The notes beneath the pieces are model-generated. The model made no database searches and was not told the origin of the DNA. It saw nothing but the letters and a program-made list of their open reading frames with translations. This document shows, in pieces, positions 40,101-60,294 of a stretch of DNA of 64,000 nucleotides. The first letter of the stretch is position 1. Each line of letters opens with the position of its first letter. The translations under genes and the position numbers were made by a program. The stretch covers positions 192,001 through 256,000 of the forward strand of contig CAWCMR010000009.1 of assembly GCA_963796685.1 (NCBI GenBank). Reading direction: 5' to 3'. This DNA is from an uncultured delta proteobacterium (GTDB taxonomy: Bacteria > Myxococcota_A > Polyangia > Fen-1088).

Positions 40101-40323
40101 TCCCCTCACCGTGGCCGCGGGCCCGGGTGCGGCCGCGCGCAACTCCATCGGCATCGTGCTGGTGGGTGGAATCTCCATCGGCACCCTGTTTACGCTGTTC
40201 GTGGTGCCGTCGATCTACGTGCTCTTCGCCCGCGACCACCGCAAGGCCCACGAGCAAGAGTTGGAGACGGAGAGGGCAGCCGCCACGGCCGGCGAGCCGA
40301 GGCCCGCCAGCGCGCCCGGGTGA
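37182..40323 (+). CDS. RND efflux permease (MexW/MexI-like) with a +1 frameshift at ~38115-38123
   Basis: MRFVDLFIRRP...LKRELP continues in another frame as GMTAAVAYDST, GLVVDDAIVVVEN, KNGILI, RLRPILMTT. Confidence 0.9.
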
Positions 40324-40445
40324 GAGCATTCGCAAGGATCGGAGCCGTGCACCCCCTGTGCGCACGGCCACGCTCTGGTCGAGGACCGCCCCGTGACAGG
40401 TATCGGGAGGGTTCTCTTCGTCGTAGTCTGAAGGAAGGCAAGAAA

Positions 40446-41678
40446 ATGAATCGATTGGCTGTTCTCGTATCCGCGGTGTTGGCCTGCTCCTCGCCCATGA
40501 AGTCGCACGTACCGGACGGAGGGTCATCCGACGGTGGGGCGACAGGAAGCGGTGGCGCCCTGGCTGGTGGGGGCGCAACGAGCACGGGCGGGGCCAGCTC
40601 GGCGGCTGGAGGTTCGGTCGCCAGCGGCGGTACCGTGGGCACCGGAGGTTCGGTCGCCAGCGGCGGTGCCGTGGGCACTGGAGGATCCGTTTCGCCGGCA
40701 GATGGTTCGGCTTCCACCGCCGACCTGGACGCGTGTACGAGTGATGCCGACTGCCTGTCCTCGTGTATTTGGGTTACGGCTCCCACGAGCCCGAGCGAGT
40801 GCAAGGCCAGCTATTGCTGTGGTATGCCGCAGATGAGCAAGCGGAGGTGCGACGTCAACCAAGCTGCTTGGGCATCCTATTGCCCCAACCAATCTCCCAC
40901 CAGCGGGGTCTGCCCGTGTGTGGTGCTGTGCCCAAACGCGATATTCGGCTGCTTCGGCGGCCGGTGTACGACTGCATGCCCGGAAAGCTCCGATGCGGGC
41001 GCCGATGTTGCCATCGTCCCCAGTGGCGACGCATCGGGGAACGGCGGGACGGGGGGCAGCTCGACCGGTAGCGGCGGACTCCAAGGAGGCACGGACACGG
41101 GTGACGCCTTGGTGCTCCCTCCGGGCTCCTGCGGCTCGGATTTCCTGAACCAGTTTCTGCCGAACAACAAGGTTCTGGGATGGACGATCGATCCGAGCAA
41201 TTCGGTTACGACTGGCAAAGCAGCCGCTGTCGCGAACACCCAAAGTGGCGTCGAGAATCTCATCGACGGCGCATCGGCCGGGTTCTTTGCCGAGCCTTTT
41301 GTGCCGCTGACCTTCGCTTGGCAAAACTACCAGAGCACGACCGTGACCGACGCGCCCGGGCCCGACTATGCGACCGTGTCGCTCTACATCCTGCAGATGG
41401 CCAGTGCCGAGCAAGCATCCGGGCTCTACACCTCGCTGGTCACGAATCCGTTTTACGCCGGAAGAGCCTGGAGCGAGCCCAGCTCTCCGTTGGTCGGAAC
41501 CGACTCCCGCATCGCGGACACCGGAGACCACTGGTGGGTCAACTTCTACAAAGGGAACTGCTACGTCGAGGTCAGCCTCTCGCCCTCTTACGGTCCCGCG
41601 CCGGACTACACCCCAAGTGACGCCAGTACGAAAGCGGCGGCCATGACACTTTCACAGGCCGTGGCAGGCAAGATGTGA
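40446..41678 (+). CDS. hypothetical lipoprotein (Gly stalk, Cys-rich module, unassigned C-terminal domain)
   Basis: lipobox VLAC; CTSDADC...YCCG...CFGGRC; C-terminal domain with LIDGAS and FYKGNCYVEV. Confidence 0.7.
   Translation: MNRLAVLVSAVLACSSPMKSHVPDGGSSDGGATGSGGALAGGGATSTGGASSAAGGSVASGGTVGTGGSVASGGAVGTGGSVSPADGSASTADLDACTSDADCLSSCIWVTAPTSPSECKASYCCGMPQMSKRRCDVNQAAWASYCPNQSPTSGVCPCVVLCPNAIFGCFGGRCTTACPESSDAGADVAIVPSGDASGNGGTGGSSTGSGGLQGGTDTGDALVLPPGSCGSDFLNQFLPNNKVLGWTIDPSNSVTTGKAAAVANTQSGVENLIDGASAGFFAEPFVPLTFAWQNYQSTTVTDAPGPDYATVSLYILQMASAEQASGLYTSLVTNPFYAGRAWSEPSSPLVGTDSRIADTGDHWWVNFYKGNCYVEVSLSPSYGPAPDYTPSDASTKAAAMTLSQAVAGKM
40608..40679 (+). repeat. 36-bp tandem duplication in a Gly linker
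   Basis: GGAGGTTCGGTCGCCAGCGGCGGT(A/G)CCGTGGGCAC twice. Confidence 0.85.
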
Positions 41679-41699
41679 GACCAGGGACAGCGTCACCGC

Positions 41700-42996
41700 T
41701 CATGGGGCCGCTTGGTTGGCGACCGCGTGAAGGAAGCAGGTTGCGCAGGCTGACGTGGAAGGTCCCGTACCCGTTCGTGCCGGCGTTCTGTTGCACGACC
41801 GAGACCGTCGCACCATTGAGGGTGTCGACGACCGCGACGTGACCGGTGGCCAGGCCTGCCCCGTCGCAACCTGGTGTGATGACTATCAAGTCGCCGTGAA
41901 CCGGCGTCGTGGTGATCACGACGGTGGAGGGCAGCGTCGCGTTGCACATATCCTTGGCATCGGCCCAATCCCACGGACAGACCCCGAACCTGAAATAGAA
42001 GTAGCGCTGCACCAGCTCCACACACTGATAGCCGTTGTTGCCGGTGATTCGGCCAACTCCGGTTTCAACCCAGCCGGGCCCTTCGGAGACCCCCGCCGTG
42101 TTTGCCCCCGTGCTCGACCAGACGTTGCTGTTTAGCGCCGCGTCGCACATGGCAAAGGCTGGAATGCCATCGATGATGGCCAAGGGCTCGCCGCCACAGA
42201 TTCCGTCGCTGACGTCGGAAGACGTGACATTGGGGGGCTCCGAGCACGTGGGCGCGCAGGCCAAACAGGAGGCGCTCCCACATGCAGCCACGGCTTGGTC
42301 GGAGCTTGCATAACAGAAGTTCTTCGCAGCGCAGTAGTAGGGGTACTCCGAGGAACAGCAGACCCCGCCGCAATAGACGACCCCCGTGCCGTTGCACGCC
42401 CCTCCTGCCGGCGCCGCCGGGCAGGTACCTGTCACCGGTGCCACGCATGCGAAGCAGCCCGCGCTGCCGCAAGCCGAAGCGGCCTGGAGCGCGGTCGGAT
42501 AGCAGAAATTCGTCGCCGGACAAAAGTATGGATCCGCCGACGGGCAACAAGTGCCCCCACAAAAGAGGTCGCCATCGCGGGCGCACGCTCCGCCGGTCGA
42601 CGGTGCGACGCAGCCACCACCGGCCGCGCCGCCGACGAGGCTGCCGCCGGTTCCCGGTACCCCGCCGGCGCCGGTCCCGGCGGCACCGCCGACAAGACTG
42701 CCGCCCGTGCCCGTTACTCCGCCGGATCCGGGCGCGCCGCCAGCTCTGCTCGCGCCGCCCGTGCCTGCCGTGCCCCCGGCGTCAGTCGTCGCGCCACCTG
42801 AACCCGCGGCGCCGCCCGTATCAACCGCGTCCGTGCCAGCAGCCCCGCCAGCGCTCGTTCCATTCGTTCCCCCTGCCCCGCCCGCTGGGGCGGCGTCAGG
42901 GGTCGACGTATTCGAGCCTCCACCGCCGCACCCCAGTGCGAAAGCGCAGATCAAGACAACACTGCATCCAACGGTCGAAAACGGTCGTGGTGGCAT
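41700..42996 (-). CDS. CHAP-domain lipoprotein with two Cys-rich repeats; +1 frameshift at ~41748
   Basis: lipobox ALGC; CGGxCC..PY.C.A.NFCY twice; CHAP GYQCVELVQRY...GHVAVV...VQQN; corrected end FHVSCATCFLHAVANQAAP*. Confidence 0.75.
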
Positions 42997-43323
42997 AGCC
43001 CGCTACCCAAAGCGAAAGGGACTGTCGCTCTTCAGCATCGCGTATCAAGCGCTCCCGCGTCAAGCGTGGAACGCCGCAAACGCTCACGCGCAGGATCGAG
43101 GAGGCTCAGGTGCCAAGGGCACCCTGACCTTCAAGACCGGGCACTTGGATCCGTGGCCGTGGCCGTGACCGTGGCCGACGGCAATGACAACCGTCCACGA
43201 CCTTCTGTGACTATCGCGGGATCATGCACAGAACCCTCCGCTGGCCCCGGCGAGCGACCTTGATGTAAGGTGGCATTCTGGCACAAGGATGATTGCGTCT
43301 CACACGTCCCCTACACCGACTGC

Positions 43324-44244
43324 ATGATGCTCGCCACTCTCTTCGGCGCAGTACTCGTTGCCGCACTCCCGGTGCAGGTCGAGTCCGCGGCCTGTCCATC
43401 GGGGCAAGAGATCGAGCAGGCGCTGGCCTCGATGCTGCCATCGATTCCGCAAACGGTCCGGCCGGACTCGGCACACGTCTTCAGACAGGGCGACCGGCTG
43501 CAAATCGTGCTGGTTGGCCCCGACGCGGCCGTGATCGCCGAGCGCTGGATCGACGACACGGGCGTGTGCACCGAGCTGGCCGAGCTCATCGCGGTGGTCC
43601 TTGCAAGCTGGGAGAGCGATGTCCACCCCGAGTTCACGCGCCCCCAGGCGGAGGCCATTCCTACCGCTCGTACCGAGAAGCCGACCGTCCCACCACCGCC
43701 ACCGGCGCCCAAGGTCGCCGCATTCTTCGAGGTGGCTGCCGGCCTCGCCCTGTCGTGGTCCGACTCTCCCGCGCTGGCGGGCATCCTGGCCGGGGCCTGG
43801 TTTCCGCGCGGCTCCGGTCCCGGCTTGTGCTTGTCGGCAGCGGTCGAATCAGCACGCACGCTCGACCTGACCGCCAACGCCGAGCCAGGCCAAGCGGTCT
43901 GGCGGCGCTGGACAGGCAGCGCGGAATTCGACTGGCGGTTTCCGAGCAGCAATTGGGCGGTGGATCTCCACGGCGGGGTCGCGCTCGGCTGGCTGGCGGC
44001 CAGCGGCTCCGGATTCGCCCAGAACCACTCGGGGTATTCGGTCTCTCCTGGCGGCGCGGCCGGTGCGCGTCTGTCCCGACAGGTAACGCGACGCATTTTC
44101 ATCTGGATGGGGTTGGCGGCCAGCTATTGGCCCCGCAAGCAGCTCGTATATGGCCAGCCCAACATGCCACAGCAAGAAATCCCGCACTATCAGGGCCTTG
44201 CGAGCATCGGTCTGGCCTTCGGAGGATCTGCTTCGAGAAGGTAA
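43324..44244 (+). CDS. putative small outer-membrane beta-barrel protein with N-terminal Cys-containing domain (same architecture as 13461..14495)
   Basis: signal peptide, ACP and VCTELAELIAVVL motifs, Pro-rich linker, amphipathic strands ending ASIGLAF. Confidence 0.6.
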   Translation: MMLATLFGAVLVAALPVQVESAACPSGQEIEQALASMLPSIPQTVRPDSAHVFRQGDRLQIVLVGPDAAVIAERWIDDTGVCTELAELIAVVLASWESDVHPEFTRPQAEAIPTARTEKPTVPPPPPAPKVAAFFEVAAGLALSWSDSPALAGILAGAWFPRGSGPGLCLSAAVESARTLDLTANAEPGQAVWRRWTGSAEFDWRFPSSNWAVDLHGGVALGWLAASGSGFAQNHSGYSVSPGGAAGARLSRQVTRRIFIWMGLAASYWPRKQLVYGQPNMPQQEIPHYQGLASIGLAFGGSASRR

Positions 44245-44323
44245 GGTTGGCGTGGGTTCGCCGCACATAACAGGTGTCGTGCCTCGTGCCAGCCTTGCCA
44301 CCCCCGATGTGCCACCACCCGAA

Positions 44324-44893
44324 ATGCCGGTGACCAAGGTGGGCTTAGCCCGGCCGTCGTTCGAATCGGTGTATCGCGCGCACGGAAGAACCGTCGCTCG
44401 CTGGGCCATCCGGCTGCTCGGGCCAAGCGCGGACTTCGAAGACGTGGTCCAGGATGTATTCCTGGTCGTTCGGCGCCGCTTGCCGGAATTTCGCGGGGAA
44501 GCCGAGATCACGACCTGGCTCTACGGAATCACCGTGCGAGTCGTCCAGCGCTGCCGCATGCGCGCGCGCTGGTGGTCATGGGCCACGGGGCGCGGACAGA
44601 GTCCCGGCCGCGGGCGCGCGCACCACTCGATGGTCGCCACCGCCGAATCACCGAGCGATCCCCATGCGCTTCTCGAAGCGCGCGAGCGGACGCACGTCTT
44701 CTACCAACTGCTGGACGAGCTCAGTGAGACGCTGCGCACGACCTTCATCCTGTTCGAGATCGAGGGACTCTCAGGTGTGCAGATCGCCGAGATCACCGGT
44801 ACCAACATCAACGCCGTGTGGGTTCGCCTGAGTCGCGCGCGGCGCAAGTTCATGGAGCGGATGCGCACGTGGGAAGAGAGGGAGAAGTCATGA
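44324..44893 (+). CDS. ECF sigma factor
   Basis: FESVYRAHG, EDVVQDVFLVV, TTWLYGIT, FILFEIEGLSG, VWVRLSRARRKF; start may be GTG at 44252. Confidence 0.92.
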   Translation: MPVTKVGLARPSFESVYRAHGRTVARWAIRLLGPSADFEDVVQDVFLVVRRRLPEFRGEAEITTWLYGITVRVVQRCRMRARWWSWATGRGQSPGRGRAHHSMVATAESPSDPHALLEARERTHVFYQLLDELSETLRTTFILFEIEGLSGVQIAEITGTNINAVWVRLSRARRKFMERMRTWEEREKS

Positions 44894-46053
44894 AGCCAGA
44901 CGCAGGGGACAGACTGTCGCGCCTCCGCGACCGCCCACCGGGCGGCACGGCTTGCGAGGATCGGGCCGCCGCATTCATTCGCGAATTGGATGCCTGCGCT
45001 GACCCCGACGAATCGCAGTTGGCGCGCATCGAGCGGGGTATCTGGGCGCGCGCTTCTCACCGCTCGCAACCCTCCCTCGTGCTGCGTGTGGCCCTGGCGA
45101 TCCTTTTCCTCTTTGCCGGTGCAGCGACGGTGAAGGCTTATGAGCTGGCCCGGCGTGCAGGTTGGTTCGACCGCATCTACGGTGCGGTGCCACCACCCCA
45201 AGAACCCGCCCGGCCCGTGCCGGCAAAGCACCCGGTTCGGACGGCGGCGGCTACCGACCCTCCCTCTCCCGTGATGGCCGCCCCGCCCCCGTCCATGATG
45301 ATCGAGCAAGACCCCCTCGCGAACCTGCCGGCGACCCTGGAGCCGCTGCATGCTTCGGAACCCGAGACCGTGCCAAGCCAGCCGCCTCGCAGGCAGGCAC
45401 GCGTTGCGCGCCACGTGGCCACGGCGGAGGTTCCAACCTTGGCCCCGGCCCCCGCGACCCCGAAACACGATCCATTCGAGCCGGCGCCCACCGTTCCCTC
45501 GGCCGGCCGCCCCGCACAGGGCTTGACCACCGACAATCCGCCACCCGCGCCCTCGCAAGAGATCCATGCCCTCGATCGCGCCATCGCGATGCTGCGCCGG
45601 AATCACGATGCAGCGGGGGCGCTTGCGGCGCTCGACACCTATCTCGACCGCTACCCGCACGGCGTTCTTCACCGCGAGGCACGCTTGGCGCGCGTGGACG
45701 CCCTCCTCCTCCTCCGGCGCACGGACGAAGCACTGACCGCGCTCGAGGCCCTGTCGCTCGACAGCGGTCGGCGCGCGACGGAGCTGCAGGTGGTTCGCGC
45801 CGAGCTGCGTGCCCGAACGGACTGCGCGCGGGCCGACGAGGACTTCAGCCTGGCGCTCTCCCACAGCCCGGACGCCGCGCTGCTGGAAAGAATTCTCTAT
45901 GGGCGTGGTGCGTGCCGGGCCAAGTCGGGAAAGACATCCGGCGCCGCCGAGGACTTGCAACGCTATCTCGATCGATTCCCGAATGGCGCGCACGCAGCCT
46001 GGGCGCGGCAGTGGTTGAACACAATCGGCAACTCGCCCGTCAAGGGCGGTTAG
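44890..46053 (+). CDS. putative anti-sigma factor (TM, Pro-rich linker, periplasmic TPR domain)
   Basis: ATGA overlap with the ECF stop; TM VLRVALAILFLFAGA; YLDRYPHGVLHREARLAR...YLDRFPNG. Confidence 0.72.
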   Translation: MKPDAGDRLSRLRDRPPGGTACEDRAAAFIRELDACADPDESQLARIERGIWARASHRSQPSLVLRVALAILFLFAGAATVKAYELARRAGWFDRIYGAVPPPQEPARPVPAKHPVRTAAATDPPSPVMAAPPPSMMIEQDPLANLPATLEPLHASEPETVPSQPPRRQARVARHVATAEVPTLAPAPATPKHDPFEPAPTVPSAGRPAQGLTTDNPPPAPSQEIHALDRAIAMLRRNHDAAGALAALDTYLDRYPHGVLHREARLARVDALLLLRRTDEALTALEALSLDSGRRATELQVVRAELRARTDCARADEDFSLALSHSPDAALLERILYGRGACRAKSGKTSGAAEDLQRYLDRFPNGAHAAWARQWLNTIGNSPVKGG

Positions 46054-46099
46054 GTTTGCTCCCGGTCGCCGCACCAAGGACCGAACCAAGGAGGCCAAC

Positions 46100-48712
<2,613 letters not shown>

Positions 48713-48897
48713 CGTCGCTCTACCCTCTTTGAGGCGCCCGGCGCCTCGCGACATCGCTGAGCTTGTCGCGGGATTACGGCTTACCGTGGCCGTAGGCGTC
48801 CTCGTCGTCGTGGCCGTGGACCGACCGCAATAACGGCTATCGCGGGATGATGGAGGGGAGGCCGCGCGCCCGACTCGCCGCCAGACGAGCCGCGGAA

Positions 48898-50322
48898 TCA
48901 GGCCGCGGGAGCGGCGTCGTGGGCCGCCTCGGCAGGGAGGGGGCGGCGGGCACCGCGGCTGGCGAGATGCTTCTGAAAATCCGCATAGGACTTGGTTTCG
49001 ACGCGACTGTTGTTGCGCGTGGAAAGGTTGGTGATGAGGTTGATGAGCGGCTTACGCCATTGCCAGAACGAGCTCCAGAATCGAAGCGCCACGCCGGACA
49101 TGGAATAGAAGGTCCGGTTGCAATCGTCCATTTCCTTCATCACGGCGTCGGACGAGAGACGCTGGTAGCGGGCCACGGGAAAGTTCAGGGTGTAAAAGCG
49201 CCAGTCCTCGGGAAAACGATCGAGCGTGATGCGATCTTCGCGCTTCATCTGGTCCCACAGGCGCGTGCCCGGAAGAGGCGTCAAGAACAGGGCGTTCATG
49301 CTGTCGACGCCGTAGTGTCTGGCGGCCTGGGCGACGCGCACGCCGATGCCTGCTTCGTCGACGTCCAACCCGATGATGAACGATCCCATGACCAGGATGT
49401 TGTGCCGCTGGATGCGACGGACCGAGGCGCGAAAGTCGCGACCCGCGCGCAGATTGAATTTCTTGCCGAGCTCGCGCAATCCGTCCGCGGTCGGGGACTC
49501 GAAGCCGATGAAGACACCGCGACACCCGGCCTTCCACGCCAGCGCCATCAGCTCATCGTCGTCGGAGAAATTGATGGTGGCCTGGGCAATCCACTGCTTG
49601 CGCAGCTTGGCCTTGGCCAGGGCGCGAAAAAGATCCTTGGCACGGGCGATGTGGTCCGGACGGGTGCCGATCAGGTTGTCGTCGACGACCAGAATGCGCT
49701 TTTCCGGAATGGTGGCGAACTCGCGGACCACGTCGCCGACGGGTCGCTGGCGGTATTGCGCACCGTTGAAGGTCGTGACGCTGCAAAAGCTGCAATTCAA
49801 GGGACACCCGCGCGTGGTCTGGATGGTGCCGAAGGCGTACCCCTCGGGCAGCAGGTCCTGGCGCGCCGGAACGAAATCCTCGACCGGCACGTGGCCGCCG
49901 TCGTAGTGGCGCTGCAGATTGCCCGACTGGACATCCTTGAGCACCTGCGGCCAGACAATCTCGGCTTCCTTGGTTACCACCGAGTCCACGTGTCCCAGCA
50001 CTTCGTCGAGACACATGGTCGCGTGAATGCCCCCCATCACGACGGGAACGCCAAGGCCGCGAAAAAAGCCGGCGATCTGATAGGCCCGTGGCGCCTGCGA
50101 GGTGAACGCGGTGATGCCCACCAGATCGGGTCGAGGCATGGCCGCATAGTCGGGGCGGCTCAGGTTTTCGTCCAGGATGGTCACCTCCCACTCGACCGGA
50201 GTCTGCCGCGCCAGCACCAGCAGGCTGAGGGGCTTCCAGATGCGGTAGCGATTCCACCGATTCTGCTTGGCGGTGACGCAGCTGACGAGCGGGTTGGTGG
50301 GGTTGATCAGATACAGGCGCAT
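48898..50322 (-). CDS. B12-binding radical SAM protein (class B methyltransferase-like)
   Basis: N-terminal cobalamin-binding domain (PLSL, DLVGIT, MGGIHAT); TRGCPLNCSFC; VDDN, GFES, TPLPGT. Confidence 0.9.
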   Translation of the reverse strand: MRLYLINPTNPLVSCVTAKQNRWNRYRIWKPLSLLVLARQTPVEWEVTILDENLSRPDYAAMPRPDLVGITAFTSQAPRAYQIAGFFRGLGVPVVMGGIHATMCLDEVLGHVDSVVTKEAEIVWPQVLKDVQSGNLQRHYDGGHVPVEDFVPARQDLLPEGYAFGTIQTTRGCPLNCSFCSVTTFNGAQYRQRPVGDVVREFATIPEKRILVVDDNLIGTRPDHIARAKDLFRALAKAKLRKQWIAQATINFSDDDELMALAWKAGCRGVFIGFESPTADGLRELGKKFNLRAGRDFRASVRRIQRHNILVMGSFIIGLDVDEAGIGVRVAQAARHYGVDSMNALFLTPLPGTRLWDQMKREDRITLDRFPEDWRFYTLNFPVARYQRLSSDAVMKEMDDCNRTFYSMSGVALRFWSSFWQWRKPLINLITNLSTRNNSRVETKSYADFQKHLASRGARRPLPAEAAHDAAPAA

Positions 50323-50706
50323 GTTGCACCTTTCTTCACGGGGAAGAAGGTGCTGTGCGAACTGCGGGCTTGCACGTTGATGGTCCACATGGCGGTTGGG
50401 TACGAAACCTCTTAGCGATTCGTACGCCCTTTTCCGTCACGGTAGTGTCATGGCGGGGTCATATTCCAGTCCCTATGCGTCGACGCCGCGCGAGACGCGG
50501 GGGCTCGTTGTTCTTCTCGCGGAACATTCCTGCGCGCCGCCGACCTCCCCTTTCGCAACCCGCCGGCTCGACGCTTCCCCTGTGAAAGAGTGGTGATCTA
50601 AAAAAGACTAATTTCGTCCTATTTTGGTTGACCGTCGCCCAGGGTCGCCCGTATCTTCACGATCGCTCTCGCGGCCCATGCACGGGAGGGAAGTGGGAGG
50701 CTGCCC

Positions 50707-54378
<3,672 letters not shown>

Positions 54379-54396
54379 TCGGGAAGGAGCTAGGTC

Positions 54397-58242
<3,846 letters not shown>

Positions 58243-58283
58243 CCCAAGGTTGAGTTTTCCCCAATACAGTGTCAGAAGGTGCC

Positions 58284-59300
58284 ATGGCAAATCATGGCGC
58301 CGCCTTCGATCCAGAGGAGTTCACGCGTGCGGCACGCGAGCTCGGCGCCCGGCTGCGCGAGTCGCGCCGCTTGCTGCTGATCGTCGCCCTCGTCATCGTG
58401 GGAGGCATCGGGATCTACGGCTCGTATTACCAAGTGGAGCCCGACGAGATTGGACTGGTCACGCGTTTTGGCCGTTTCGTACGCACCAGCAACCCCGGCC
58501 CGCACGGCAAGTTCCCCTTCGGCATCGAGCGCGTGCAGAAGGTGCCGGTGCAGCGCCAGCTCAAGCAGGAGTTCGGCTTCCGCACGGCGCGCGCGGACAT
58601 CCAAAGCTCGTTCCGCAAGGACGAGAAGACCAGCGCCGAGTCCGACATGCTGACCGGCGACCTCAACGTGGCCACGGTCGAGTGGATCGTGCAGTACAAG
58701 ATCTCGGACCCGTACAAGTACCTCTTCCGTGTGCGCGACACGGAGGAGACCTTCCGCCTCATGACCGAGGCCTCCATGCGCACCGTGGTGGGCGATCACA
58801 GCGTCACCGAGCTGCTCACCGTGGGCCGCGAAGCGATTGCGGCCAAGGCCAAGGAATTGCTCTCGAACCTGTGCAAGATCTACGACAACGGCATCGCCGT
58901 CCAGCAGCTCATTTTGCAGAGCGTGGATCCGCCTGAACCGGTGCGGCCGTCGTTCAACGAGGTCAACCAAGCCATCCAGGAACGCGAGCGTTCCATCAAC
59001 GAGGCCTGGGCCGAATACAACCAGGAGATCCCGCGCGCGCGCGGACTCGCCGAGCAGAAGATCCAGGCCGCCGAGGGCTACGCGGTCGACCGCGTGAACC
59101 GCGCCAAGGGCGACGCCCAGCGCTTCGTCGCACTCGAGGACCAGTACCGCAAGGCCCCCGAAGTGACCCGCTCGCGTATCTATCTCGAAACCATGGCGGC
59201 GGTGTTGCCCGCGGCCGGCAAGAAGCTGATTTTCGATGAGAAGGCCAAGGGCATCCTGCCCATGTTTCCTCTCGGTCCGGTCCAGGAGGTGAAGCCATGA
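58284..59300 (+). CDS. hflK: FtsH modulator HflK
   Basis: TM + SPFH; TRFGRF, MLTGDLN, AEGY, YRKAPEVTRSRIYLETM. Confidence 0.93.
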   Translation: MANHGAAFDPEEFTRAARELGARLRESRRLLLIVALVIVGGIGIYGSYYQVEPDEIGLVTRFGRFVRTSNPGPHGKFPFGIERVQKVPVQRQLKQEFGFRTARADIQSSFRKDEKTSAESDMLTGDLNVATVEWIVQYKISDPYKYLFRVRDTEETFRLMTEASMRTVVGDHSVTELLTVGREAIAAKAKELLSNLCKIYDNGIAVQQLILQSVDPPEPVRPSFNEVNQAIQERERSINEAWAEYNQEIPRARGLAEQKIQAAEGYAVDRVNRAKGDAQRFVALEDQYRKAPEVTRSRIYLETMAAVLPAAGKKLIFDEKAKGILPMFPLGPVQEVKP

Positions 59301-60253
59301 AGACCCGGTCGGCCATCCTGGGCGGCGCGTTCGTCGTGCTCGGGCTCGTCACGCTGTCGTCGGCTCTCTACACGGTCTCCGAAACCGAGCAGGTGGTCAT
59401 CACCCAATTCGGCGAGCCCATGGGCGCGGCGGTCACGCAAGCCGGCTTGCACCTGAAAGTACCCTTCGCCCAGGAAGCCAATTTCTTCGACAAGCGCTGG
59501 CTGGAATGGAACGGCAACACCAACCAGGTTCCCACCCGCGACAAGAAGTACATCGGCGTCGAGACCTACGCGCGCTGGCGCATCGACAACCCCTTGCTGT
59601 TCTTTCAGCGCCTGAAAGACGAGCGCGGCGCCCAGTCGCGCCTGGACGACATCATCGACGGCGAGACCCGCAACGTCATCGCCAGCCACGACCTCATCGA
59701 GGTCGTGCGCACCACCAACCGTGAGTTCGAAAAGGGCGAAGAGGTCGAGGACATCATGGAAGCCGAGTCCATGCGCCAGATCAAGCTCGGCCGCGACAAG
59801 CTGACCCGGCTCATCCTGGCGCAAGTTTCCCACATCGTGCCGGACTACGGCATCGAGCTGGTCGACGTCCAGATCCAGCGGGTCAACTACATCGCGAGCG
59901 TGCAGGCCAAGGTCTTCGACCGCATGATCTCCGAGCGCAAGCGCATCGCCGACCGCTACCGCTCGGAGGGGCAAGGCAAGAGCGCCGAGATCCGCGGCAA
60001 GAAGGAGCGCGAGCTGAAGGTGATCGAATCCGAGGCCTACCGCAAGACCCAGGAGAGCATGGGCAAGGCCGATGCGGAGGCCGCGGCCATCTACGCCGAG
60101 GCGTACAATCGCAATCGCGAGCTCTACCGTTTCCTCAAGACCATGGAGACGTACCACAGCGCCATCGACAAGGACAGTTGGCTCGTCTTGTCGACCACCA
60201 CCGATGTCTTCCGCTACCTGCAATCGCAGAACGCCACGGGCGGAGGGAAATAG
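59297..60253 (+). CDS. hflC: FtsH modulator HflC
   Basis: ITQFGEP, TRDKK, RMISERKRIA..YRSEG, GKADAEAAAIYA; ATGA overlap with hflK. Confidence 0.93.
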   Translation: MKTRSAILGGAFVVLGLVTLSSALYTVSETEQVVITQFGEPMGAAVTQAGLHLKVPFAQEANFFDKRWLEWNGNTNQVPTRDKKYIGVETYARWRIDNPLLFFQRLKDERGAQSRLDDIIDGETRNVIASHDLIEVVRTTNREFEKGEEVEDIMEAESMRQIKLGRDKLTRLILAQVSHIVPDYGIELVDVQIQRVNYIASVQAKVFDRMISERKRIADRYRSEGQGKSAEIRGKKERELKVIESEAYRKTQESMGKADAEAAAIYAEAYNRNRELYRFLKTMETYHSAIDKDSWLVLSTTTDVFRYLQSQNATGGGK

Positions 60254-60294
60254 GGCGGACCAACCCGCCAGCACGCAACCATCGCGTAACGACG

